A stretch of DNA of 64,000 nucleotides from NCBI GenBank assembly GCA_039096225.1, contig JBBPEB010000002.1, positions 124,001-188,000 of the forward strand. Direction: 5' to 3'. Shown here piece by piece: positions 37,624 to 52,950 of this stretch; the first letter of the stretch is position 1; each line of letters opens with the position of its first letter. The DNA comes from Blastocystis sp. Blastoise (Eukaryota; Protista; Bigyra: Opalinata). The notes below the pieces were generated by a model. It was not told where the DNA came from and did no database searches. It saw only the letters and a program-made list of their open reading frames with translations. The position numbers and the translations under genes are program-made.

Positions 37624-37646
37624 GTATATTAATATATTTATATATA

Positions 37647-39402
37647 CAAGCGTTTCACGACTGGCTACGCCACCTACGCTTGAGTTTTGATAGTTGTCAT
37701 CTCTTAATTGTTATATTTTATGTTTTTTTTTAATATTATGTTTATTTTTATGTTTTTGTTATTCATTTCTATTTTTTTTATTTTTAGGATGAAGACTATT
37801 TCATATTTTATAAATTATTATTTCAATTGTTTTAGTTGTTATCTTCTATTGTTTAGTTATTAGTTTAGTATATTCTAAATAATTCAATTCATACTTTATT
37901 GATAATTCCTATTTAACATTTTATATTACATTTTTTTGAGTATTATTTCCTTTTTTATTTAGTATCATTTTAGCTATTTTTATTATTGATTATATATATT
38001 TATTGTTTATTAATAATAATTGATTAGCTCTTGTGTTTTATTTTTGATCTTATTCATATTTCTATTTCTATTTCTATTTCTATTTCTATTTCTATTTCTA
38101 TTTATATTTCTATTTAGATTTCTATTTAGATTTCTATTTAGATTTAGATTTAAGTTTAGATTTATATTTATATTTATATTTATATTTACATTTATATTTA
38201 TATTTATATTTATATTTATATTTATATTTATATTTATATTTCTATATTAATTCACTTTTCTTTGTTAATTTATTTATAACTGTATTTGTAATTATAAATT
38301 CATTTAGTTTTATAAATATTTTATACTTTAAACAATATTATTATGATTATAAAAAATTTTTTATTTTAAAACTTAATATTATCAGTTATATCTTATCTCT
38401 AAGTATTTATTTTTTATTTTTAATTATTCTATATAATTATTATTATGAGAAACAACTTACTCTTTTGTCTAAAAAATATTATTTATTCTTTTATGAATTT
38501 TCTCATATATTATTTTATTTCATTTTAAATTATTATCATTTTTATCTCTATTTGATTTTTTATATTCTATCATTTCTTTTTATATATACTATTATAAATA
38601 TATATATTTAATATTTTATTATACCCCTTTTTCGTATTAATAAATGTTTAATTATATGTAATAGTTGCTATAGTTTAATACTATCAGATTCAAATGTTCA
38701 TAATATTATTCTTTTTTTATTACTCCTATTTCAATTTGGATTTTTAAAAACAAAAAATATTTTTAATAATTAAAAAATATATATTATTCTATATAATCGA
38801 TAATAACTCATAGAGTTCTTTTATAAATATTTATCATATATAGAATTTTTTTTATAAAAGAAAAAAGAATTATTTTTAAAAATTATCTATTCATTTTTTA
38901 TAATGTTTTCAAAATCATTTCATTAAATGAAACGAAAAACTAAATATAAACCAAAAATTACATTCTATATCATAAATAGATTTAGTACTTTAAAATACTT
39001 TACCTATTGTACATGAAATAAAGTTTATAAAACAAATAAGTTATTTTTAAAAAACTCTAAAAAACTTTTAACATTTTTTTCAAACACATTCACTTTTATT
39101 AAAACGAATTTTATATTCATATACATATATATTGAATTTATTATTTAATTTGTAAAGAATAACTTGAATCTCTTTTGTTTAAAGCCACAATTACAAAAAA
39201 TGAGTTCTTTTGAAAGACAAAAAACATTCTTTAAGCTATAATATTTTTATATTTAGTGACATAAAAACGTATTATACTGTTTTAGAAGCAATTAAAATCA
39301 TTTTACCCATTCTAACATTCCTATCAAACAGTCAACCATATTTAATTAGACTAATTTTTAATATTTTATATTCTATTATGACTCTATTTATTATTATTAT
39401 AA
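37647..39402 (-). mobile_element. Helitron family C, 3' portion
   Basis: Reverse-complement CTTG/hairpin end at 37647; homologous to about 24480-26184. Confidence 0.85.
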
Positions 39403-42342
39403 CTAGCGGGTGGCATCGGCTTCGCCGATGCTTCGTAACCTTTAGAGCTTTACAATGTCTTCCCTGACTTTTGTGACAATTGCCATGACAATAGCTGACT
39501 GTCACTTTCAGCCAGACTTAAATTGACTTAGTCATAAAAATATAAAATTACACTGTCAAAAATAAATATTTTGTCACAAATTTTGGTGACAATTGCCACG
39601 TGGCAATTTCGTCCAGTGACAGGGAAGACACTGGAGCTTTATAATTTATATAAATATTTTTTTAAATGTATACTATCATATAGATACATAAAAATACTTT
39701 TTAAAGTAGTTTATAGTTTATAATAGTTTCATTAATGACACATATCATAATAGTTTCTTAATATAAGTTACATTTATCTATGAAAGCTATTATGATATGA
39801 AAATAAACAATAATTCTATTTATTATTTCAAGTTATTCTGCTTAAATTATTCATTCTGGAATGTTTATTTATTAATACATATTTTTATTTTATTCGTTTT
39901 ATATAAAAAAAATAATTTTATAATTTTATGCTATCAGTGACTAAATCAAAATGTTTATATATATTCTTTACTCTATTTATTCATTTATCAAATTGATTTT
40001 ATGGTATCATGCATATATTCTATCTAAATAGATCTTATTTAGATTATATAGTTTTTTAAATGAATATATATGTTTCGTGATATGAAATAGTAGTAGTTAA
40101 ACTTTTGAATTTTTAAAATTTTAATTTTTTTTTTTTTCCTATAAAAAACAACGCGTTGTATTTTATAGATAAAAAAAGAATTAAAATTTTAAAAATTCAA
40201 AAGTTTAACTACTACTATTTCATATCACTAATATCTACTTATCTATATATAATAAAAATGCATGATAGTTTATGAATAAGAATTTGTATTCATATTTTCT
40301 TTTTTAATAATAGATAATTTTGTTTTTATATTCATAAAGAATCCATTTCATAATAAATATGTCTAAAAGTAATGGAACCAAAATTATGTTTGCTTATATT
40401 TTAAAAATTTATAAATTAAATGATTAAGTTATTCCATATTTATATATAAAGCTACTTTTAAAAGAACACAAAAGTATAAATAAAAAAATAATTATTGATT
40501 TTTTAAAATGAATTCTTATGATATGAAAATATATGTCATACTTATATATGATATATACTAAAAATAATTTTTAGTTTGACTAATATAATTTTTCATTAAT
40601 ATAAATAAATATATATAATCCTTGTAGTTATAGAATAATTTTTCAGTCAATTAATAGTGTTTATAGGGATACAATAATCAATAAACAGTATTAAGAAATT
40701 ATTCTTTTTTTGAGAGACGTGCCACTTTGAAATTTTATTTCTCAGTCAATTTTTATTTTTAAAAACTAATTTTTACAAATTTATAATTAGAATAAAACAT
40801 ATTATATATTATATAAATATTGACTTTATTGATAGAAAAATGATGGTTGACATTGACCTTAGTTAAAACAATAAAAATTAAATTTTTGAAAAATATCAAA
40901 ATTTCTTTTTCATTTTTGACCCCGAGATTCAACGATATTTTATATTTTGACTTTATATATGTATGTAATATTATAATAACTATTAATATGACTTTTAAAA
41001 AGTGTGTTAGGACGACTTTTCTTGGTACAAAGTCGCAATTAACTTTTTTAACCTTTTTTAAAAAGCATTTAAAGATATGAAATATCATAATGTAACATAT
41101 AAGGCATCCTTACACCAAATATGAAGTCAAAACTCGAAATTAAAGAGGTCGAAATCTGCCGATACACCAACTTTGTTGTCATAAATATGCAATAATGACA
41201 GATTTGTGTATAATATAGGTCACTGTATTCATAAATGTAGTCATAAATTGATTTTATGAGGGTCAACCAAACAGATATCCACTCATTCTTGTCTTTAAAG
41301 AAACCTGATGGGTTCAATGAGTGGCGAATTTTATCTAAACTACAAATATTAAGTATAAAAATTTTTATTAAGAGTAAAATGATTTCGATATCTCTTCTAC
41401 CTTTTTATTTTAAAAATGTGTTCAAATAATTCATAAATATAAACATCTAAAATAAACCCTGTAACGTTTAATAATTAATAAAATAAAAAATGTTGACAGA
41501 ACACGCAATTGAATTTTTTTGTTAATTTTTCAACATGCTAAAAACAGGTTTTAATGACTTTTAGCATGGTTTCATGAGTTATCATGATGATCCAGATAGT
41601 TTTCATTAAATTTTAAAAGGGTCAAAAGAGAATGTGTCCGATATCTCAAAACTTTGTGGATCAAATTTTTTCAAAGCTTCATACATTATCATTATTTAGG
41701 TTATTTTATGCATATAGGTTAAAGTTAAGTCTATTAAGTCACTTTGATAACTGATTATTTGTCTAAATTGTTTCTTCTATTTTAAAAGTTGTTTTTATGT
41801 GTGGCGAAAAATGTTATAAATTAAAAAATAAATTTATAAATAATAAATATAAAAAAATAAATAAAATATATAAAAAGAAGAAATTAAAAAAGAAAAAGAA
41901 ATTTTTAAAATAAAAGATAAAAAAAAATGGATAACAAATTTACAAAATAAAGTTTTGCAAAAGAAAAAGAAATATAATTGAATTTTTTTTGAAAAAATGA
42001 AGACAAAATGATTAGAAGTATAAACTTTGACCATGTCAATAAATTTTTGGCGCGAAAATAGACAAAGATATTTGTGTTCTTTTTATCCAATAAGAATGAG
42101 TTTTCAAAAATTTTTAATCGATTTCATAGGACGGCCAACTTGCTAACGGTCGGCAAAACTTCTCGGACTATTTTGAGGCCTTAGATATGGAATTTCTGAA
42201 AAATTAAAAAAACTAAAATAAAATTTGGAACATAATATATAACATACTAAAAGGATATTATCATAGCCTTAACCATCATAGAATAAACGGTCCGTGAACT
42301 TGAGACACAAATATCCAACTTCTATTGCCTTTATATATAAGA
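39403..42342 (-). mobile_element. Helitron family A, copy 3 (contains the hAT MITE at 39453-39633)
   Basis: Near-identical reverse complement of A2. Confidence 0.92.
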
Positions 42343-45300
42343 TATAGAAATGTTGTGGATATACTACAGACTTTATAGAGTTACTAGATAATAATCAAAT
42401 AAGAGAATCTACCTTTAACTATTACAAGTCCAAACAAGGTGATACTAGTAATGAAAATGTAACAATCAACGATCAACATTAATTACTTACAAGCTCAAAT
42501 AATGAAGTTACTGCTAAGTCTTCTAAAAATAATAGTCAAAAGAAAACATATAAAGAATTTTTTGAAAGAACAAATATCGATGAAGAAAATGTAAATAATA
42601 TCAATGATGATTATGAAGAAGAAGTTGAAGAACATGATATAGCTCCTGAAGAAATTGAATTATTTAATCATACAAGCGTTTCACGACTGGCTACGCCAGC
42701 CTACGCTTGAATCTAAATAAACATAAAAAAATAATTTGTAAAAAGACTATCTTTTCATTATATAAAAATTATTTATTTCAAATTTTGTTTTGTTTTATTA
42801 ATATTATCAATAATGGTTTCATATTTTATTAATATTATCAATAATCGTTTCATAAAAAGAAAATTAAAAAATAAAAATTAACAATATATAAAATAAAGAT
42901 TACATTCTATTTCATTAGTAAATATATTTAAATACTTAAAAAACTATAGCTATTGTTTATAAAATATAGTTTATACAACAAATAAGTTATCATAAAAAAA
43001 CTCTAAAAAACTATAACATTTTGAAATACATATACTCACTTTTATTAAAACGAATTTTATATTAATATACATATATATTTAATTTATTATTTTAATTTAT
43101 AAAAAATAACTTGAATCTCTTTTGTTTTAAGTCACAATTACAAAAAATGAGTTCTTTTGAAAGACAAAAAACATTCTTTAAACAATAATAATTTTGTATT
43201 TAGTAAAGAATAAATGTATTATACTGTTTTAGAAACAATTAAAATCTTTTTACCCATTTTAACATTCCTATCAAACAGTCAACCACATTTAATTAGACTA
43301 ATTTTTAATATTTTATATTCTATAATACGTCTATTTATTATTTTTATAAAAAGTGACTTGAATCTCTTGACTTAACTATTGTAATTCTAAAGAATCAAAT
43401 TTTTAAACAACTTAAAATGTTTATTTATTGTAGATTTTAATATAAAATACTCCAAAAACACTCAATACTTTCTTATTCTAACCATTTTGGAAAAATAGAC
43501 TCATTTTAACATTTTGGTCAAACACACAACCACCTTTATTTCAAACAATTCTTTCATTATTATAAACATTAAACACTCTAATACTCATTTTTACAAAAAG
43601 TGTATTGAATCTCTTCACTTAAGACAGTCAAACAGACAATTCAAAATTATTTTACACTTTAAACTCATTATAAAGTAATAATATTTTCAGAATTGTCATG
43701 ATATGTGATTTAGGACACATTGAACTACTTTTTATAAAATTATGAGTCAACATTTCCAGTTTGTCATTCACTCGTCAACTCCACTTTTGACCATTTTTTT
43801 GAGAAACGCAATACATATAATGTCTAGTTTTCAAATATGTAAAAATTAATTGTCAAATATGAATTTGATTTGTCAACTTTCGGAAAATTTTTTAGAAAAA
43901 CGATTTTTCAATTTTCAGTTTTTTAACATGTTATACTATTGACTCTACTGAACTCATTTCTTAATTAATTTTAAATATTAAAAAATATATTATTAATATG
44001 TTTTATTCTATGTATTAATTTGTTATAATTATATAAAATAATTAAATATTGACTGAGAAATTAATGTTATAAAGTATACCCTTTTTTCAAAAATTAATTT
44101 TTTTATGTTTTGCATATATAATTTTTTATCTCAAAAGTTATTTTATATTTTGATAATATTTTTATAAATTTATAAACTATAGGTTGTCTAGTTTATAAAT
44201 AAGTTTTATTTATTTTTTAAAAATTAATATTGATGGAGAAATTGTCAAAATAAACTATAGTATCCAAAATGCTTTCTTCTTTTTAAACGACTTATTTCAC
44301 TAATTAAAGACAATTAAAAACAAATTTATTTATTTTAAGCTTATTTATGACATTTAACACTTATTAAGACTGATAACTGACTTTTTAAAACAAACATTGT
44401 CAGTATCAGTTCAACATGTTGTCTTAACTTTTGTGAATGAGTGATGTATAGTGTTTATGAATGTTTATATATAGTAATTGAAACATTTTAAAGTTTATTG
44501 AGTTGACATTATTTGGTGTTTTTTCACATTATAAAAAATAATATCACTATTTAATACCAATACTTTATATCTGAGTATTACATGATCATATACACAGAAA
44601 TAATACAAAATCAAATTGTTTAAATAGACTTTAACATTTCGAGATACACTCGACCCACTGGTAGGCATTTTCACGGATATCAAAAAAGCGACAAATGAGA
44701 AAAAGTAAACAAAAAATTTTAAGACACTTTTCAGTCATAGCGAATAGAGTGGCCAAAAAATAGGCTAATTTTGTCGGGTATGTTGTTTGTTTTCATTCGT
44801 TCAGAATTCTTTTAGAAACGTCATTTTTTATTTATTTATCGTTGTGTGAATGATAATAAAAATATATATAACAAAAGACAATAGATAATAATAAAATAAT
44901 TATAACAATAAAAAGAAAAGAAAATAGCAATTATTTGAGTTTGTTTTGAGTTGATTGTGAACCATTTTGAGGACTATACATATAAAAATAATAGAACTAA
45001 TAATAATATAGATAATATATAATATATACCTTCTAGTAGCACCTGTAGACAACCCAGTTAATAGAAACTACAACTATAAAAATAAATGTATAAATAAATA
45101 TATAATATAGCAATATACCTTCAACAATCAAGCAGCTTTTGGCCAACGAGAAACACTGAGAACACCTAGAACCTATATAAAAATTAAAATAGTTAATTGC
45201 AAAAATAATAATAATAATATATACCTTTGAAACCAGATAGTGAAGGACCAAGGAGACCTGAGACAGAAGTTGAACCTATAGAAAATGATAAATTATAAAA

Positions 45301-46350
45301 AAATAAGATAATGTAAAAATAAATACCTTCAACAACCCGGGATTCCTTCTAGTCCATACTCTGCAACTCATAGGCTAACTAAATAGAATAAAATAAAAGA
45401 AGAAGAAACATACCTTTAAAAAAGAAGACCAATTAGGACCTATTTAAATCTATCTGACACACCAAAAAGCCTATATAGTATAAGACAAATAAAAATATAT
45501 TATATACATTTTATAATATATAAAAAATAGTTATAAATTAAATAAAAATAAAAATAAATATGTGAAAATATTAAATCTTAAAAATAAAGAGAAATTCCCC
45601 CTTATAAAATCTTTTATTCTATAATAAAAGTCTGTATAAATTTTGGGTTTCCAGGGGTAAAAATTTTTTTAAATTTTCCCTTTTTCTCTACTAAAAAGTC
45701 TATTTAAATATAAAATTGATTTATAAATATATTATGCGTTTATGAACCTAAATTATTTTATTTCAATATGTTTAAGACTTAATAAAACCAGAAAATCGTT
45801 ATTTTAACAAACTTTAATTCAAATTAAATATATTTGTCAGTTGTATTCATATAATAATATTTAATTTATAATGTGAAGAGTATGTAGAATCAAAAATATA
45901 TATTTAGTATAGTTAATTATAAAGATGTAATTAAAATTTACAGACTTTTATCTTAAAATATGTTTTCTTTTAATGAATTACAATTCTTATCACTGAATTC
46001 ATAAATAGATATTGTCTATCAGCTTTATAAGTTTTCATACACATAATAAAGAAAAAACTAATAAAAATATAAAGTAGACTTTTATTTATTCCATTTTTCA
46101 ATTGTTCGAAAAGAATACTCAACAATAATTCTATTTCTAAATATCTACAAAACAAAATGAATAAAATATAATAAATAGAACGTATAGAAGATACTCAGCA
46201 AGAATAATAGAAAATATGTATAATAAGCATATATATAACTTTTTATTATAATATACATATTATATATGTTTTGAACTTTTATTTTATCCTGTATATACAT
46301 AACTATAAAAGTTAGTATACTTTAAATAAATGTTTATTTATATTTAAAAA

Positions 46351-46384
<34 letters not shown>

Positions 46385-46389
<5 letters not shown>

Positions 46390-47193
46390 ATAATACTCTT
46401 CAGAGCATTCTATACAATATATAGATCCATAACCATAAGAACAAGGAGCTAAAGATGACCAAATAGTACCAAAAGTACCATTATCCCGTGGTAGTTTGGG
46501 TCATCATTCATACCTCCTGCATCTCCTCGTGTACTATACATAATAGAAGGAATAGAAGAATATTCGTGGTTATTCTGATTTTCAGAAGATCCTTTATATA
46601 TAGAGATAGAAGAATCGCGGTTATTTTCAATAAATAGAGTTCCATGACCTATGTGAAGTGTTGTATTTCCATGATTATATGTATCATTAAATAAACACGG
46701 GAATGCTTCATTATAGAAGAATATAATGTATCATAAGCATAAGGATTGACAAGAGATATCTTTTGGATACTAAAGAATATTCTCCCGTCAGATCCATCAC
46801 CACCGCCACTTCCACTTTATATAATTATATATATCTTATGTTAATATAAATATAAATATATATATATACGTTGACACCGTTAGCTCGTACAATCCCTATT
46901 CCCTCCATACTATTAGCATTAATATATATAGTCCTTCAGATCCCCTCACTGGTTAAAACGACTGGTTCACCTCAATCTGAAGAGATTTCTATATATATAT
47001 ATGAATATAGAGGAAGTATTATACATATTATAATAATAATACCTAAAATAATGTATATAATAAGTAATATATATATATATATATATACAAGAACCAGAAA
47101 AACTTCCTAAAACACGTGTATCTGTATTTATATATATAAGCCCGCCACCTTGTCCCCCAGCAAGGGAAAAAGAACCACTTCACTAACTATACA

Positions 47194-47244
<51 letters not shown>

Positions 47245-49070
47245 ATATAGAAAGTTACGTCATAATTACTATATGAAATCTCTCCAAGACTCCCATATCC
47301 CGAGCTTCCATCTCCTCCTCTTCCACCATATCCCGCGCCCTCACCACCCGGTTTCACGCCAATAGACACAGATACATCCCTATATATATATGTAATAGTA
47401 TAATATAATAGTGAATAATATAATAATAATAAAATATAATAGTATATAATATATGTATATTATATAATAGTGAATAATAATAATACAATATAATAATAAT
47501 AAACGTATATAATAGTAGATAGAATACTAATTGTGTAGCTGAAATAACTCCAGAATTTTTCAGTTCTTTTTCATATATATAATATAGTAGATCTACTTAC
47601 ACATGGTAGTAATGATAATAAAATAGAAGTATTTTTCTATATGTATATATATATAGTTGTATATATATATATAGTTATATATATACAAAACAACAGCGAA
47701 ATCTCCAAGTTTTGAAATATCCTGAAGTGACGATAAACAAACAGATATCTATAAATATACATATACAGTCATATATATATATATATAGTTATATATGTAT
47801 TACATTATAATTAGTAACTGGTTTAGTTGCTAATTCATAGCCATAACTACTAATAGTACCTATACATATATACAGTTATATATATATATACCTGCTACAG
47901 AGAGTGTATTATTCGCGATTATATCTACATATCGCGCTTATACAATATTCCTACAGAAACAGTAAGAGATTGAAGATTAATAGAATGACAATATTTAACA
48001 ATAATAATTATTATTATCATAGCAAAAAATATTACATATATATATGGAGAATAATCATATATATATGCATACTTGAAAAGTGATTCACCTTCATTAATAT
48101 TTCCCTCCAATTGAATTGAATTTGCCACATAAATAGAGAGTTGCATACTATAAGATAAACTGCTTTGTATATCAATATAGAAGGAATAACAAGAAACATC
48201 CAAATACTAATCATGATATAAGTTACTTGACTATATATATTATTTAGTATAATAATTAGTATAATAATTAGGATAATAATTAGGATAATAATTAGGATAA
48301 TATGAATATTATAAGAATAAAAATATGTATACATATATACTTGAGATATAGTAATTGATCGAACATTTGTTTCTATTTTGGTCATTTAAGGGATAATAAA
48401 TAAATGGATTCCGTTATAAGTAAATCACCTGATGATAATTGCGTTTCAGATGAAGCACATGCCATAAGAAGAAGAATAGTATTCCTAGTATATCGTTTTG
48501 ATTAGGTACTATTTGTATCAAAAATTAACTGTGATCCCATAACAACTAAAATATATAAATAGTTATATAGTTATATAAATTGTTCTATAAATATAAATAG
48601 TGACAAAAATATAAATAGCGATAGATATACAATATATATAAATATATATAAATATATCACTATTGCCACTTATAGATACATAACTGGCTTCTCCTTAATT
48701 ATAATAAAAATATATAATAATTACACAATACAATAATAATTTATATATATATACATATACAATATTAGTTTTATTTCCAATAATATGAGTAATAGTACCG
48801 TTACTACCAACGTAGTTATAACTACTACTAGCAATATGGCCAACACAACTATATATAACCGTGGGAATCAACAAAATATAAAATAATGAATTATATTATT
48901 ATGTTAATTAATAATAAAATATAAAAAAAAAAGAAATATGAAAGAATTATAATAATATATATATATATATATATATACGCTCTGAGATACAATAGAAACT
49001 AGATTAAGTGCTGTATATATAAGAAATATTCTTCCACCACCTCCTCCTCCTATCTCATCAGGCTCATTAT
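46385..49070 (-). pseudogene. Multi-exon fragment of a glycine-rich protein with a Cys-rich motif, apparently frameshifted
   Basis: Exons encode GGEGAGYGGRGGDG, GGGGGR and NGTFGTIWSSLAPCSYGYGSIYCIECSEEYYK. Confidence 0.5.
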
Positions 49071-49123
49071 ACTATATATATAAATATCAGCCTTTTTCTT
49101 TGTTCATTGTGAGTAGATCCTAC

Positions 49124-49410
<287 letters not shown>

Positions 49411-49644
49411 ATATATATATATATATATATATACTTGTTTTGAGTATAAGGAGAGAGATATCTTCAAAGTTCATTGTGTTTACTATTTCTTTCAAATCAT
49501 GATATTCCTCTGATAATAATGGAGAATTAATATAAAGCTCAATATAACTATATAGATATATATAAATATAGAAAATAATAATAAATATAGAAAATAATAA
49601 ATAAATATAGAAAATAATATATATTAAAGATAATATATATTAAT

Positions 49645-51060
49645 ACAATTGAATTGTTTGCGCGGTTTGTTGTTCATTGGCGGGTAAATTGATCCAACAT
49701 GAGCAAAGAAGCGTGGGGAATGTTTTAGCGATACTATAGAGAGCAATAGGAGTATGAGAAGTCTCTGTGAAAGATAAAGACTTGAAAAGATCCAATAAAG
49801 ATAAAGTAGGACATTTTGGCTATATATATATATAAGCCAAATAATGTTAAGTATAATAATAATAAAGATGAGGAATTATATATATATATACTTTAACTTT
49901 AGCAGAATGATGAATAAATGGAATATGAGGCATAATAGAGGAAATAAACATGGGAATAGGAGATGAGAGAGAGGAATATTTACTATAGTTTTATGAATAT
50001 ATATAAAGATGATATGTATTTATATACTTAAATAGATTAATTTTATCTTCAGATGCTAGTAAGACCAAAAAGAGACGAGAAAATAATATTATTCCATATA
50101 ATTGAATAATATAAGGATATTCTATATATTCTATATATTCTATATATTCTATATATCCTATATATAAAATATATAAAATATATAAAATATATAGAATATA
50201 TATGCCATTATATTGAGTAAGGAAAAGAGAGAATGGTTTCGTGAGACTGTCTGCTACAGAAATATCTTCAACAGGAGATGCTATATATATATATATTTTT
50301 CATAATAATAAATATTATAATATATATATATATATATGTACGTTCTAATTGTAATATCCAGTCAACAAAACAGAATAAATGAGGATGTAGAGAAGACGTA
50401 GGAGAATAGAGAGGATTAAATAATATAGATATGTATGTGATCAAGAATTTGGAGACATCAAAAGCAGGAGTTCTATATATATAATAGAATATCAAATAAT
50501 ATATATATATATATATATTATATATATACTCCTTAATATATTTATAGAATTTAGTAGCTTGCATTAAATCTTGTAAATACACGTGCTTTTCAATTGTGTT
50601 CTGAGGGTTTTCAAGTAAATCATCAAGAATAGTTGATTCCCGTAATTCTTGTTCAAGTGATTGAATAGAGCTAAAAAGAGAAGAGCATATATTTATATAT
50701 AATGAAGTAGCTATCTCATTATAAGAAACAAAAAGAGAAGATGATTTCATAAAACGATATAATTTCACACAATAATTAATTCCTAAAGGTAAGGATTTAG
50801 CGGCTAGAGGAAGAATATAATTATATATTTGTTGAGAGATTGGCGGGCAATTCTTTATTTTAAAAATCGAAAGAAGAAGACGAGTTGTACATTGAGCACA
50901 AAGAGGAGAATTGAGTTGAAGGATATTTGATATATATCCATCAATAGCATTAATATGAATAATTTCATTATTGGTGATAGTAACTCCGTTAGAAAAGAGA
51001 GAAAGAAGAATATAAAGATAGGATAATACCATATATTCATTATTCTGTAAATCAGTTATA

Positions 51061-51101
<41 letters not shown>

Positions 51102-51473
51102 GTTGTTCTATGAATGTATTGAATGCTCCGAAATAATCATCACGAATCGTTTGAATTGGTTCTTGAGAAGCGCACGTGCTATTGAGGGTCTTAGAAACAA
51201 TATAAAGGAATCTTGAAAGCCATCTAAAAAATATAATATAAATATAAATAAGACAAACCATATATTTAAATATACACATATAAATAGATGAGGAACAATA
51301 TAAGTATATATATATACTGTTGTTGAGAAATAGTGGTATTTGTAAGAATTGACTGACAAAGATCTATTGTTATACTAGATACATAAGCATTCTTTTCTCC
51401 CGCGGGAATGGAGGATTGACAAAAACGATAGAAGATTGTTCGATACATAGAAATAAACGTATTCAATACTTCT

Positions 51474-51507
<34 letters not shown>

Positions 51508-51565
51508 GAGAATAATTAAAGAGATAAAATCGTAGTGATATATAAATAATACAAAAATATTGATT

Positions 51566-51598
<33 letters not shown>

Positions 51599-52159
51599 CT
51601 ATGATTATTACTACTAATGGTTTGTACATAGAGTTCATATATGGTGGCCAGAATTTCAATATAATCAGGATTAATCGATTGAATAGCCTCCATGATATTT
51701 GGATACCCTGACACAAGACTATGGAAGGAATGAAAGATATAGTGATATATAGATATATAATAGTGAATAGCTATATAATAAGATATATTGCAAACAATTA
51801 TTATATATATGTATATACTCTTTAAGATCATAAGCAGTTGAATAAACATATGTAATTATTTGTGTTTCGAGGGATATAGATACGGGAGGGATCATAAAAT
51901 GATAGAGAGATAGAATATTCGAAAGACTAAAAGATATATATATATATATATTTGTATAAAGCATAATATTATAAATATATACATAAGTTGTTGATGTGTT
52001 TTGACTTGAAGTGTTGAAATGAGATACTGAAAATTGATGAAATGGTCTGAAATCTCATGTCTCTCTTCATCATCATATATAGTCATACAGTAACCAAACA
52101 TAAGGATCTATATATAATAATAAATTATAAAAATAATATTAATCAATAGATATGAATAA

Positions 52160-52190
<31 letters not shown>

Positions 52191-52376
52191 TATATATATA
52201 TATATATATATACATCTTTATCCTGTAATACAATTTCTTTCTTTGGTGCTTCTTCAACTGTAGTTATATATGTATATATAAGATGATATAGATCTTGATG
52301 GTATGTCTTATGAGATGTATATATATAATATTCATGGAGGAGAGAAGGAAGAGAACAATGAGGCTTAGTTCTATAT

Positions 52377-52421
<45 letters not shown>

Positions 52422-52950
52422 TTTTATCTATATACAGTTTTAAGTTTAAAAGAAGATAACTAACAAGAAGATTCATGAATGGCAACAAGAAACCTATGAT
52501 TCTATAGAATATATAATTTAATAAGAATAAATTAAATATAGATTAAAACGAATTAATAATATATATATATATTTTAATAAAATAAAAGTAAAAAAAAAAA
52601 ATGTGTTAATGCAAAAGTAAAAATCAAAATATATTTATATACCGTGAATAGCACGGTCATCTGTTGATCAAAAGAGCTATAGACGAGAATAAATAAGTAT
52701 TCTAAAAGAATAAAACAGTAAATGTAAATAAATACCTTATTTAATAAATAGACAGCCAGTCTGTGAAACGAACCCTTTTATTGCAAACCACAGAGAATAT
52801 CCGAGGGAAAGAGGAAAGCCAGAATGAAGAACCTAAAAGAATCAGATAAAAAAATAGGAAATATTCAATAAATAAATTATGATATAATATATACCTGTAT
52901 AGAAAACACCTGAGATATGCATAGCAGTCACTAAATCTGCTTGTATGCAA
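49645..52950 (-). CDS. Multi-exon gene of unknown function; integrity uncertain
   Basis: Many exon-like blocks bounded by gtatat...tatag introns, including a long exon at about 50530-51045. Confidence 0.45.

Larger units (their letters stand above)
31040..37646. mobile_element. Endogenous CRESS-DNA virus-like element: one 5045-bp unit plus the start of a second unit
   Basis: Rep, capsid, origin hairpin and directly repeated control region (see component features). Confidence 0.9.

Noticed and set aside
16230-42342. Inversion or composite transposon bounded by inverted Helitrons A2 and A3
   Set aside because: Swapping the flanks does not restore the interrupted Helitron C or Rep2; a deletion next to A3 is the simpler explanation
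42343-42672. Missing 3' half of Rep2
   Set aside because: Coding-like acidic fragment with a stop but no WDGY, Walker B or motif C
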